DNA of 64,000 nt from an uncultured virus (IMG/VR IMGVR_UViG_3300008448_000047) (Duplodnaviria; Heunggongvirae; Uroviricota; Caudoviricetes), in the IMG/VR virus record IMGVR_UViG_3300008448_000047; one strand, written 5' to 3'. The first letter of the stretch is position 1. Every line of letters begins with the position of its first letter. Below the pieces are notes generated by a model. That model saw nothing but the letters and a program-made list of their open reading frames with translations, did no database searches and was not told the DNA's origin. Position numbers and translations under genes: made by a program. Below, in pieces: positions 19,884 through 29,110 of the stretch.

Positions 19884-20108
19884 TTATTCGGACTGACGGA
19901 ACACCATCAGTCCTGCGACTGCTGTGCTGTCAATGTGCGTTGGGTCTGCGAGTGCGATACCTGTCACCCACGCTTCTTTCGGTAGTGGCTGTGTCGGGTC
20001 ATCACCCACAATGCCACGCACCTTCTGTATCGCTTCGCTAATCGCTTCGCCATCTGTGTCGGCTTCTACATCTACGCCGACCATGACCTGAACACGGTAC
20101 TTTGCCAT
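19884..20108 (-). CDS. Hypothetical protein
   Basis: AAGGA RBS; KYRVQV...VEADTDGEAI. Confidence 0.6.
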   Translation of the reverse strand: MAKYRVQVMVGVDVEADTDGEAISEAIQKVRGIVGDDPTQPLPKEAWVTGIALADPTHIDSTAVAGLMVFRQSE

Positions 20109-20275
20109 TGTTTCCTTCTTTCTGCCCGTACCTTCCATACGGGTCGGGTGTCTTTCGTGCCTCTACGGGCTTCCTGTGGGGCGAGTTCAGGCGAGTGAGT
20201 GGCTGAAAGGGGGAAATGCCACCCACTCGCCACGCAATCGGGCAGGCTCACTACTGCGAACCTGCCCGATACGGT

Positions 20276-21811
20276 CTAGCGATAGGTGAGTTCGTGACCT
20301 GTCACGCTCTCGTACACACCTTTCATGTGTGACGGAACGATGGACTTCACTTTCTCGCCCTTTGACATGGCTTTCAGCATTGTGACTGCCTGCTCAGGTG
20401 TCTCACAGGTGTAGATACCGTGACGCTTGATGAGTGCCACGCACTCCATCACTAAGTCCTCACCCCAACTGTCACCCTTGCCTGTGACCCCACCATCGGT
20501 GACCCAAATGACAGGGGAAGTATTGCGCTGACGCTTTCCGATAGCCCAACGCAAGGCAGGTGCGTCCACTCCGTTGCCACCGTTCGGTGACGGAAGTTCT
20601 TTCACGCACTTGCCCTTGTTGGCGACCACATACAGGTTCGGGCGACTACTGCGCCCACCTGAATACTGCGCCACGAGTGCTGACGGTGCGCTCAACACCA
20701 TCTCCATCACTTCATCGTGTTCCAGCGACATAGAACCACTCGTGTCAATGAGTACCACGCCACCTGCGCCCTTCACAGTACGGTCAAAGATACGGCGTTC
20801 AGGGTCGGTGAGTAGGCGAGACATACGGCGTGGGTTACGCCCTGTCTGCGATGAGACACGCTTGCGTCCGATAGCACCCATCACATTACGCTCTAACGCT
20901 GGTGTGGAGATACGCAGTTCTTCCCACAAGGTCGCACGACCTTTCTTCGGGATAGTTCCACGACCCCAACGGTCATGTGTGAAGTTCTCGCTTGCCTTCT
21001 CTGTCGGAGACTTGCCATCTTCATCTTTGACTTCGCCTGACGGTGCGCCTTCGCCCTCTTTGCCTTCGCCCTCTTTTTGTGGCTGTGGCTTTCCTGTGGG
21101 GTTGTCACACAATGCGCCGACTTGTTCCTCTACCCACTTTGCGTAGTTCTCCACATAGCCAAATCCTGACAGGTGGAGACGAGAGTGAGTGGCGTGGAGT
21201 GATGGAGTAGAACGCTGGTTGTCCATTACAGAGCGAAAGTAGTTCTCGCCTGTGTGGGAAATCGTCTCCAACAGTTTCACCCACGATGGCTCGTGCTGTG
21301 CGACACCACGCAAGTATTGTTCGTATCCTGCCGTGCCACGAAACGCAATAGCGTCCATCACGCACGAGAGAAAGTCGCCCACCTCTGCTGTGCGCTTTCC
21401 TGCGAGATACTCGCTTCCGTCTGAAAGGTGAGTTGTTGGCTCAAATCCTGCGTAAGAACACAGGACATTGACACGCAGTTCCTCGCACACTACGAGCGTA
21501 GGTGCTTTGGCGTAGCCACGAGCCACCCACTTCTCAAACTGCTTCGCCGTAGGTGACACCTTTGCGTGTGTCATCTCGTGCGCTCGTATCACGCGAGAAT
21601 GTTCGGTGTCGTACATCGGCACACGCATCTCACGCAAGGTGACTTCCGTTGCTGGTTCACCACGCTTGGGTTGGACATTGACAATGTTCCAACGCTTCTC
21701 TGCGTCTTTCGCTGTGTTGTCTCCACGAGACAACATCTCAGGCTCAGGGTACTGTGGCGTAGTACCCTGAGCGATGTTCGCCGTAATCGGCGTTCCGTTT
21801 GACTTGCTCAC
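20276..21811 (-). CDS. vWA (MIDAS) protein with N-terminal HExxH metallopeptidase-like motif
   Basis: AHEMTH; LIDTSGSMS; WVTDG. Confidence 0.85.
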   Translation of the reverse strand: MSKSNGTPITANIAQGTTPQYPEPEMLSRGDNTAKDAEKRWNIVNVQPKRGEPATEVTLREMRVPMYDTEHSRVIRAHEMTHAKVSPTAKQFEKWVARGYAKAPTLVVCEELRVNVLCSYAGFEPTTHLSDGSEYLAGKRTAEVGDFLSCVMDAIAFRGTAGYEQYLRGVAQHEPSWVKLLETISHTGENYFRSVMDNQRSTPSLHATHSRLHLSGFGYVENYAKWVEEQVGALCDNPTGKPQPQKEGEGKEGEGAPSGEVKDEDGKSPTEKASENFTHDRWGRGTIPKKGRATLWEELRISTPALERNVMGAIGRKRVSSQTGRNPRRMSRLLTDPERRIFDRTVKGAGGVVLIDTSGSMSLEHDEVMEMVLSAPSALVAQYSGGRSSRPNLYVVANKGKCVKELPSPNGGNGVDAPALRWAIGKRQRNTSPVIWVTDGGVTGKGDSWGEDLVMECVALIKRHGIYTCETPEQAVTMLKAMSKGEKVKSIVPSHMKGVYESVTGHELTYR

Positions 21812-21817
21812 AATGCC

Positions 21818-22558
21818 CTACTTCTGTGGGGTCATTGTGTTGATAGCGATAGCGTCCACCACGCTCTTAGCACGGTCACGGAAAACCATTTGCGCCGCCT
21901 TTTTTGTTCCGAGTGCTGTACGCAGTTGGTCAAAGGCGTAGAACGCACGGAGAGAGATACGGCGTTCGCCTGCGTCTGCCATCTGACGGGCGTAGTCACG
22001 CAAGTCCTCGCTCAGACGGGCGAGTGCTGACGGGTGTGGCTCGTTGATACGGATACAGACGGGGAAACGGTCTTTGAGTGCCATTGGTAGGTCGCTCATC
22101 TGCTCAATGTTCGTGGTCATCACCACGCTGAAACCTGCGTTGGGGCGCAATACCTGACGGGTCTGTGGGTGTTCCCACTTTGCGCTTTCAGGGCTGTCTG
22201 TCATCGCCAGCAAGGTTGCGAACACATCGCCACCTGCCTTGTCAATCTCGTCAATAACGAGACGACCACCTGTGTTGCCATCGCCCTTCCACGCACGGAT
22301 AGCAGAGCCTTCCAGCCACGACCACGAGCCGTGGTCATTTGGTTGCCAGCAACCTGTTACATCTGCGTTGGTCATGTCATCGGTACAGATGAGACGGTGT
22401 GCGCCTGCTTCGGTGTTGCCGTATGTCAAGCCTGCGAATGTCTTGCCTGTTCCTGGCACTCCAAACAGAATGAGACGGTCTATGCCTGCTTCCAGCGCAT
22501 CATTGACTTCTTGCCAGCAGGCAGGAAGTGTGGTTGTTGTGTCTTGGACACTTGTCAT
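21818..22558 (-). CDS. MoxR/CbbQ-type AAA+ ATPase
   Basis: Walker A GVPGTGKT, Walker B VIDEID, MTTN, ALKDRF, ISLR. Confidence 0.88.
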   Translation of the reverse strand: MTSVQDTTTTLPACWQEVNDALEAGIDRLILFGVPGTGKTFAGLTYGNTEAGAHRLICTDDMTNADVTGCWQPNDHGSWSWLEGSAIRAWKGDGNTGGRLVIDEIDKAGGDVFATLLAMTDSPESAKWEHPQTRQVLRPNAGFSVVMTTNIEQMSDLPMALKDRFPVCIRINEPHPSALARLSEDLRDYARQMADAGERRISLRAFYAFDQLRTALGTKKAAQMVFRDRAKSVVDAIAINTMTPQK

Positions 22559-22709
22559 TGGTTTCCCCTTTCGTGGGAGTTTGTTGTGGGTGTGAAGTGT
22601 AGCCACATTGTTAGTGGCACACAACCTTGTTAGCCATCATTTCTAATGGCTCTCTATGTGGGGTGGGCGAGCATCTGCCGTGTCTCCCACCCCACACGAG
22701 ACTTTGTGA

Positions 22710-23123
22710 CTAGGCGACCTGCGCTGTGTCGGTGGACTTGGACTTTGCCTTCGCATCAGGCGAGATGGCTGTGGTACGCACCTGTGAGTAGGTGGTGACC
22801 TTTGTGATGGTGTCTGCGACTTCTTGTGAGACGATGCCCACCTGAACTGCGCTCTCCAACATTTCACCGTCCACTACGGGCTTGGTTACTTTCTTGTAGG
22901 TGGCAGGCTTCACGAGCATCGCCAACTTGTCTGCGTCATAGGACTTACGCTGTCCGTCCACGATGGCGACTTTGATGCCGTCCACAACGCTTGTGTTGAT
23001 GCCTGCGATGGCGAGTGCTTCACGCAACGCCTGCTCTGCTTCCTTCTTTTGTGCTTCTGCCTGTGCGCTGGCTTCTTTTGCCAACAGGTACAGGCGTGTT
23101 GCTTGCTCTACTGAGTGTGTCAC
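22710..23123 (-). CDS. Hypothetical coiled-coil protein (Gam/Gp157-like at best)
   Basis: AAGGA RBS; TTGACA-17-TAAGGT promoter upstream. Confidence 0.6.
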   Translation of the reverse strand: MTHSVEQATRLYLLAKEASAQAEAQKKEAEQALREALAIAGINTSVVDGIKVAIVDGQRKSYDADKLAMLVKPATYKKVTKPVVDGEMLESAVQVGIVSQEVADTITKVTTYSQVRTTAISPDAKAKSKSTDTAQVA

Positions 23124-23166
23124 GGCATTTCCTTCTTTCTTGGTAGGTGTCAAAGTGACAATGTGT

Positions 23167-23221
23167 ACCTTACAGGTGTCAATGGTAGTTGTCAATAGGT
23201 TTCTGTGTGTCGTTTGTCACA
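23167..23221 (-). promoter_or_regulatory. Sigma-A-type promoter with upstream CRP-like box
   Basis: TGTGACAAACGACACA (23221-23206); TTGACA-17 bp-TAAGGT. Confidence 0.7.
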
Positions 23222-23568
23222 CGCCTACCGACCTTGCCATCGGGCTGTTTGGTACAGGGTGAAAGATACAGGGTGTAAGGCACAGGCACAACACTCACAC
23301 AACATCTTTCTTCTGTGTCTGTTGTCACAGGGTCGGGCAGGCGCACAGGTACGCACACGCACGGGCAGGCGCACACACGCACGGGCGCAGGGGGCTTCTT
23401 CCACCACCGTCAGCCTTGTGAGCCCCGTTGGGCGAAGACGGCTCGCGGGGCTGTCACCCCAGATGTCGCCCCAGAAGTCGCATCTGGTTCAGCCGAAGTT
23501 TGGACTTGCTCAAAGTTTGGGGTTAGTCCGACTGTGATGTGTCCTATGTGATGTGTCCGACTAATCCC

Positions 23569-23613
23569 TGTGACAAACGACACATTGACATTGTGCCTTA
23601 CACTCTGTAACTT
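23569..23613 (+). promoter_or_regulatory. CRP-like box abutting sigma-A promoter
   Basis: TGTGACAAACGACACA-TTGACA-17 bp-TAACTT. Confidence 0.75.
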
Positions 23614-23647
23614 GTAATCACCTACTAGCCCACGAAAGGGGACAGAG

Positions 23648-24103
23648 ATGACCACATCATCACCTGTGCGTATGGCAGAACTTGCCCAGCGCACACTCAC
23701 TATGGAAGGGGGCGAAGGCTTCACTATGGAACAGGCGATACTGTTCGCATACTGCGCTGACGGTTTCCGTCTTCTCGCAACAGCAGAAGACATTTACGAA
23801 GCGTTGGAGAGCCTTCCACACATTCAGTCGCTCAAAGAAGACGACCAAGGCATTGGCATCATCACAACAGGTTGGGCTGCGCCACTCGGTGACAACGGAG
23901 AAGTAGAAGGCGCACCAAGCGCACACCCTGAGCGCAAGCGTGTACGCCTTTGCTCGTGCGTTGAGCGTGGTGGAAAAATGGGGTCGGCTCTCGCCTTTGA
24001 GACTGACCCTGACGACCTCGTGACAGACGAAGGCAACGGAACAGGCTCACTCGCTAACGCCTTGCTCTCTGCTCTCAACGCACTTCTCGCCAAGAACAAC
24101 TAA
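23648..24103 (+). CDS. Hypothetical cassette protein
   Basis: Own promoter, AAGGGG RBS and terminator; ends AKNN. Confidence 0.75.
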   Translation: MTTSSPVRMAELAQRTLTMEGGEGFTMEQAILFAYCADGFRLLATAEDIYEALESLPHIQSLKEDDQGIGIITTGWAAPLGDNGEVEGAPSAHPERKRVRLCSCVERGGKMGSALAFETDPDDLVTDEGNGTGSLANALLSALNALLAKNN

Positions 24104-24126
24104 ACCACAACCCACTTCCAACAGTT

Positions 24127-24160
24127 AGCCCTCACTTGCCTCGGCAGGTGGGGGCTTTCT
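24127..24160 (+). terminator. Intrinsic terminator
   Basis: GCCCTCACTTGC/GCAGGTGGGGGC hairpin plus T run. Confidence 0.65.
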
Positions 24161-24364
24161 GCTGTCCCCGAACTTCCCCACGAAGGGTCTTCCACCACCG
24201 TCAAAGTAGTGAAGACGGGGGTCGGTAGCCCCGGCGGGTTTTATTTAGGCCAGATAGTTCTGATGGCCGCTGCGCTGATGGCCGTGATGGTAGACAAAGC
24301 AAAACCCCCTGCTTCGCCAGCGTGAGACGAAACAGGGGGTTGAGCGTGACAGGGGTAGGAAAGA

Positions 24365-24646
24365 CTATCCCTTGTCGGTCTGTTGAGAACGGTAGAAGTC
24401 CATAGCGGGGACAGACATCTGCCCTTTATCTTCCAGTTCACGGGCGAACTTGACAAGGATAAGACCCATGCGCTCGTCATCTACCAAGTGATAGTGGAAG
24501 AAACGGTGCTTGGTGATGTCGTGTAGAACAGCCATGACAGCGTGTTCCCCCGTTGAGGCAAGCGTGTAGTAATGCTCGTAAAGCGTTTCCACTATTTCTT
24601 CATCTGTCCAGTATCGCCAACTGGCGAGGTCTACTCGTATGTCCAT
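24365..24646 (-). CDS. Hypothetical protein
   Basis: AAGGAG RBS; followed by a terminator hairpin. Confidence 0.65.
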   Translation of the reverse strand: MDIRVDLASWRYWTDEEIVETLYEHYYTLASTGEHAVMAVLHDITKHRFFHYHLVDDERMGLILVKFARELEDKGQMSVPAMDFYRSQQTDKG

Positions 24647-24849
24647 GTATCTTCTCCTTGTATTAGACCGAGTGATGAGCCGTTGTCCCACTTGACATGA
24701 ACAGTACCCATGTCGTCAATGTAGTCCACAACGCCTTCGTCACCACTTTGTAGTTTCGTGTATGGGTCTGAGCAACGGATAAGGCGCACCCGCTTTCCAG
24801 CAAGTGCGCCCTTCACCCATTCGTTTGCGAGTTGGTCAATGCGTTTCAT
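24631..24849 (-). CDS. DUF4314-like protein
   Basis: RVRL...DPY..L..G.EG.V..IDD.GT.HV.WDNGSSLGLI.GED. Confidence 0.75.
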   Translation of the reverse strand: MKRIDQLANEWVKGALAGKRVRLIRCSDPYTKLQSGDEGVVDYIDDMGTVHVKWDNGSSLGLIQGEDTWTYE

Positions 24850-25442
24850 TAGCAAATCTGAAAGCCACCGCAGTTTGCTAAGAAAGTAGCGAACTCACGG
24901 ACATTCTTCTTGTCAAACGGATAGTTCTTCGCAAAGTGTTGCTGACCGCCAGTTCCCCCACAGGCGTTACATTCTTTGGTTTCTTCCAGCCAGCCTTCGG
25001 GCTTCTCAACAGGTGTGTAGGTCGGCAAACAACCATTACCTTCGGTGGCTATCTCGTTGGCAAAGGCTTCCGCAATGCTGTATTCCACAGAAGGCGTGTA
25101 GTCGCCATTGTTGTCGGGGTTGGTGTACCAAGTGCGCTTACCAGTCGCCTGACAATGAACACAGGGGCGAATAGGCAAAGACGCAAGCCACTCGTTGCGT
25201 GTCTGCTCGTAGTTGTCCAGCGTTCCGTCACGCAGGCTCTTGCGTAGAACTTTGGCAAGTTCCTTCGCATCTTCTCCGTCAAGCCCGTCTCCGTCATTGG
25301 AGTATCCGTTCTCAACCATGCTCGTAAGTTCAGGTGCGACAAACTCGCAGAACTCCCACAGGGGACGCCACCACCACACATTGTTGCGGAAGTATTCGCC
25401 CTTTTCATTCTTTGGGTCTTGCCCAAATACGTCCATTCCCAT
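24849..25442 (-). CDS. Hypothetical protein with DnaJ-like zinc finger
   Basis: YFRNNVWWWRPLW; CxxCxxTG x2; CGGFQIC end. Confidence 0.75.
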   Translation of the reverse strand: MGMDVFGQDPKNEKGEYFRNNVWWWRPLWEFCEFVAPELTSMVENGYSNDGDGLDGEDAKELAKVLRKSLRDGTLDNYEQTRNEWLASLPIRPCVHCQATGKRTWYTNPDNNGDYTPSVEYSIAEAFANEIATEGNGCLPTYTPVEKPEGWLEETKECNACGGTGGQQHFAKNYPFDKKNVREFATFLANCGGFQIC

Positions 25443-25576
25443 TCCGTTCCCCTTATCTATTAGGTGTTGAGTGGGCGGGTGTGCCTTCCCTACGACATAC
25501 CCCCTTCCCTTCTAGTCCCCCTACGGGCAGGTCGCTTGCGAACTCGTAGGCTAGTTGGGTCGGTTGCCCACATAGA

Positions 25577-25633
25577 AGGGTACAGGTGTCAAGCACAGTT
25601 AGCAAGTGTCATTTGTCACAGAACAGGTGTTCG
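25577..25633 (-). promoter_or_regulatory. Promoter with CRP-like box and adjoining LexA-like box
   Basis: TGTGACAAATGACACT, TTGCTA-17-TACCCT; AGAAC-AGGT-GTTCG at 25620-25633. Confidence 0.65.
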
Positions 25634-25976
25634 GTGAGACACATTTGGTGCGACTGTCTCGTGAGACTAACTGGGGGAAAGTGTCTCAGACTGGGAGAAG
25701 GGTCTTCCACCACCGTCAAAGTCCTGTGGGAGCCCCGCGGGACAAAAATCCCGTCCGGGACTTCCGCCCCATCTGTGTTGCCATCGGCGACATCGGCGAC
25801 ATCGGGTTGCGTTGCTTGCCGACAGCCACTAAGGTATGCCCATGTCATTAGTCTCTATTGTTGTAGTCATCGCACTCATCGCATTGTTCGCAAGTGGCTA
25901 ATGTCACACAATAACTATTTGACAAGTGGCTACTAACTTTGTAGTCTTAGATTCTCAACTCACAAAAGGGGGAATC

Positions 25977-26333
25977 ATGACTGATTCTGTCATTGAGTGG
26001 GAAGAGGTGAGCAACACTTCAGACGAAGTGGAGTGGGACTTTGCGACAGACTTGTTCGCTGAGGTTGCCAACACGCTCATTGCCCATAATGAGGAACTTC
26101 ACGAAGGCGACACTTGGTGGCGCATTGAGGGATTCCCATTGTGGAGTGGTGGGCTTGACGGTATTTTCCACGCCGATACGCCGATGAAGTTGTTGGAAAG
26201 TATTACCGTTCGTTCGGAATGGTCATTGCGCTACACGCTTGACCCCGAAACAATGGTGCTTACTTGTCACCTCTCTCACCACGATGCAAGCGGAACTTTT
26301 ACGGTGAAGGCAATGCCTAATCCAGACCGCTAA
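25977..26333 (+). CDS. Hypothetical cassette protein
   Basis: TTGACA-17-TAGTCT promoter, AAGGGGG RBS, terminator. Confidence 0.7.
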   Translation: MTDSVIEWEEVSNTSDEVEWDFATDLFAEVANTLIAHNEELHEGDTWWRIEGFPLWSGGLDGIFHADTPMKLLESITVRSEWSLRYTLDPETMVLTCHLSHHDASGTFTVKAMPNPDR

Positions 26334-26355
26334 CAACTGAACAACACGGCGAACT

Positions 26356-26384
26356 GCCCGTCTCCGAAAGGGGGCGGGCTTTTT
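26356..26384 (+). terminator. Intrinsic terminator
   Basis: GCCCGTCTCC-GAAA-GGGGGCGGGC-TTTT. Confidence 0.75.
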
Positions 26385-26548
26385 GCTTGCCCAACGACTG
26401 CCCGTGCGCCGTCTCCCGCCACCGTCGGAAGGTGCGAGCCCCGGACGGTCGCATCGCAGCGCGGGGCTATCGGGCGCATCTGCGCCGTCGCCACTCAGTT
26501 TCGTCGCCACCTGCCAACTCGCCACCTGTCTGTCACCCCTGTCTCGCC

Positions 26549-26592
26549 TGTGACAAACGACACTTGACAAACTGTGTTATCGCCTGTATCTT
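26549..26592 (+). promoter_or_regulatory. CRP-like box abutting sigma-A promoter
   Basis: TGTGACAAACGACAC-TTGACA-17 bp-TATCTT. Confidence 0.75.
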
Positions 26593-26635
26593 CTACCTTG
26601 TAATACACACCAACTACCCATAGGGGGGTACACAA

Positions 26636-27211
26636 ATGGAAGAAGAACAGACACCATCTGAACTATTGGCTTCTGTAATCGCTCGCGCGATGGAAGTCAA
26701 GTACGAGATGTGCGTGGACAACAATGGAATGTGCGATACGCCACCTGTACTGCTCGGTGAACTACCGACAGGCGAAGGCTTCATCGCACCCGACTACAAC
26801 GATGGACACCCAACCGACACCTTGCCGTTGATGCTGTCAGCACTCGCTGAAACGATGATGGCACAGTTCTCATCGGTTCAATGGAAGTGGCTTGCGTATG
26901 TCGTAGAAGGCTACGCAAAGCCAACACACGAAGGGGTGGAGAGCCTGCCCGAAGATTGGAGCCGTGGAATGTACGAAGAAGAGTACAAGACGAACCCAAC
27001 AAGCGATGTGCGTGAAGGGCTTATCGTGGGTCTGTATCCGTGGGAAGGACAAGCCATCGGAACAACCGTGTTCTATCGCTACAACGACAAGGGCTTGCCT
27101 GTCTATGACGAGCCTGAGATGTTGGAAGGCGAGATGGAAGGGACTGTCGCAGACATCTTCAAGGCGTTCACGATGGCGTGTAAGACAATCACCAACGCCA
27201 AGAACAACTAG
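26636..27211 (+). CDS. Hypothetical cassette protein (possible paralog of 46853..47482)
   Basis: Own promoter, RBS, terminator; ends AKNN. Confidence 0.75.
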   Translation: MEEEQTPSELLASVIARAMEVKYEMCVDNNGMCDTPPVLLGELPTGEGFIAPDYNDGHPTDTLPLMLSALAETMMAQFSSVQWKWLAYVVEGYAKPTHEGVESLPEDWSRGMYEEEYKTNPTSDVREGLIVGLYPWEGQAIGTTVFYRYNDKGLPVYDEPEMLEGEMEGTVADIFKAFTMACKTITNAKNN

Positions 27212-27229
27212 ACCGTACCCCCTACGGAA

Positions 27230-27271
27230 GGGGGGTCGCCTGCCAAGTACGGTGGGCGACCCCCCTTTTTT
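27230..27271 (+). terminator. Intrinsic terminator
   Basis: GGGGGGTCGCC...GGCGACCCCCC-TTTTTT. Confidence 0.75.
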
Positions 27272-27352
27272 CGTGTACCCAACCAGCCCTCTTCCACCAC
27301 CGTCAAAGCAAACCCGTTGCGCTTAGCAGCCCCGCCCGGTATTATTTATGAG

Positions 27353-27574
27353 ATGTCGTACGTTCGCTATGTGTGTGAGTTCTGTAATCACGAAGTCCAG
27401 CCAGGGCAAAGTGGAACAATGAAGTTGGTGTTGGCGTGGGTGCGTTCAGACAACAACACAGGAATAAAGGGTGTGAAGAACCAGCACAAGTACGCTCATT
27501 CCATCTGTGTGGAAACAGAGACTAAGCGTGGTGGTAAGCGAGAAGGCTCAAACGGCGAGCAGACGCTGTTTTAG
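27353..27574 (+). CDS. Small zinc-binding protein
   Basis: CEFC...HSIC. Confidence 0.6.
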   Translation: MSYVRYVCEFCNHEVQPGQSGTMKLVLAWVRSDNNTGIKGVKNQHKYAHSICVETETKRGGKREGSNGEQTLF

Positions 27575-27621
27575 AGTGCGAACAGCAACGCAATCGCAAC
27601 GAGAACGATGATGGCAGTCAC
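27571..27621 (-). CDS. Hydrophobic micropeptide MTAIIVLVAIALLFAL
   Basis: GTGA overlap with stop of 27618..28007; four similar peptides nearby. Confidence 0.65.
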   Translation of the reverse strand: MTAIIVLVAIALLFAL

Positions 27622-28007
27622 TTTGTATCCTTAGATACGAGCACCCAGCCACCTTTGCCGTCTCCGATGTAGGTCTCTTTGCCTTTCCAACCCCAAGCCC
27701 AGCGACAGCATGAAGGGTCAAGGGTACAGTCATCATTACTGTCAAAGTCAGCGTGATGAATGAAGTTCGGGTGACAGCCACCACGAAGTTTCTCTCCGAG
27801 CAACGGAAAAGCATCTAGAAGTTTGACAACGCAGTCGTGACACATACTGATAAAGCGACTTTCATCGCTACCAAGTAGGACGCCCACATTGTCGTCAAAG
27901 CCACCGTAGTAGCCGAAGTGGTCAATAGGCAAAGACCAGCCCCCGTCAGGAAGGCTGTCTTGTTGTGTGTTCGGTTGCTCTACACCACAGGTATCGCAGG
28001 TAATCAT
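27618..28007 (-). CDS. Cys-rich hypothetical protein
   Basis: CDTC...GYYGGFDD...CHDC. Confidence 0.7.
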   Translation of the reverse strand: MITCDTCGVEQPNTQQDSLPDGGWSLPIDHFGYYGGFDDNVGVLLGSDESRFISMCHDCVVKLLDAFPLLGEKLRGGCHPNFIHHADFDSNDDCTLDPSCCRWAWGWKGKETYIGDGKGGWVLVSKDTK

Positions 28008-28015
28008 TGTGTCTT

Positions 28016-28219
28016 TCAGGGTTGGTAGATGTTGTACCCGTATGGGTCGTACAGAGTTGTCGTGGTCTCACACGGGTAGTGAAAATACTCGCAGTCAGGG
28101 ACGCCTTGTTTCTCATCTCCGATAGATGCGATAAGAAATAGAGTTGCGCCGATGAGAGTTGTCCAAAAGACAAACCTCACGAACGAACGCACCTTGTAAT
28201 AGATAGGTGGGTGGCTCAT
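28016..28219 (-). CDS. Small membrane protein with CEYFHYPC motif
   Basis: Single TM; paralog at 31801. Confidence 0.7.
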   Translation of the reverse strand: MSHPPIYYKVRSFVRFVFWTTLIGATLFLIASIGDEKQGVPDCEYFHYPCETTTTLYDPYGYNIYQP

Positions 28220-28425
28220 TCCTTCTCCCAACTACGGAAGTATTCAGGGTCGCCGACCCAAAATGCGCCTTCACCATTTGCCTTGTTCAGCCATTCGTCA
28301 AGGTTGGCATGAAGGAAGGCACGGTACCCCTCGGTCACCTCATCTGTGTTGTGCTTACAGATGTCCGACTGAACATTGTCGCCATCGGCATTGGTGTAGA
28401 TGATTTCTCCACAGAACTCTTTCAT
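28216..28425 (-). CDS. Hypothetical protein, probably leaderless
   Basis: ATG about 8 nt after the -10 TACCAT of a CRP-box promoter (28476-28433). Confidence 0.6.
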   Translation of the reverse strand: MKEFCGEIIYTNADGDNVQSDICKHNTDEVTEGYRAFLHANLDEWLNKANGEGAFWVGDPEYFRSWEKE

Positions 28426-28747
28426 GGGGTGAATGGTACAGGTGTCAAGCACACATGACAAGTGGCAGTTGTCACATCGTTGAGAGACAAGCAAGGGTGA
28501 GGTCGTCAAGACGGGGACACATCACGATGAGTTCTTCCACCACCGTCAAATCTCTCTGGGAGCCCCGATGGGCCGCTGCGGCCGTCCGGGACTTCCGCCC
28601 GCACTCGTGCGCCTGCGCCCGTGCGCCCGTGGGAGTTTCTCGGCTCGGCTGTCGGGGTTGGCTCGGACTGCCTCGCCTGTCGTGTGACAAACGCCACTTG
28701 TGTTAGTGCTGTGTTGCCTGTACCCTGTCAGGTGTAAGGGGGTGATT

Positions 28748-29110
28748 ATGAAAGCAACCAAAACAGACCTATCGCTTATGGCGTTACTCTGCTCAGACCG
28801 TGAAGGTCGCCCGTGCGATACGGGCGAAGTCTTAGCCCAAGTGGGCAAGATGAACTTTCTCGCTGTGTGCGGTGGCAAGTGGGCGAAGGTTTACGATTCA
28901 GGCATGGAGACTGTCGGCGTGTTGATGCTCTGCGGAGAATCTCGCGCGGTGGAAGTCGTGCTAGACCCGTGGGATACCTACACAGTGCGCCGTGTGCGCC
29001 TTGTGACCCGTGGAGAACTGAAGGGTTCAATCGTTGTGGAGTCGCAAGTTTCAGATGTCTATTGTGACAACTTGAGCGAAGTCGTCTATTCCGCTTCCTG
29101 CTGGAAGTAA
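28748..29110 (+). CDS. Hypothetical cassette protein
   Basis: CRP-like box at 28683, AAGGGGGTG RBS, terminator at about 29134-29166. Confidence 0.7.
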   Translation: MKATKTDLSLMALLCSDREGRPCDTGEVLAQVGKMNFLAVCGGKWAKVYDSGMETVGVLMLCGESRAVEVVLDPWDTYTVRRVRLVTRGELKGSIVVESQVSDVYCDNLSEVVYSASCWK

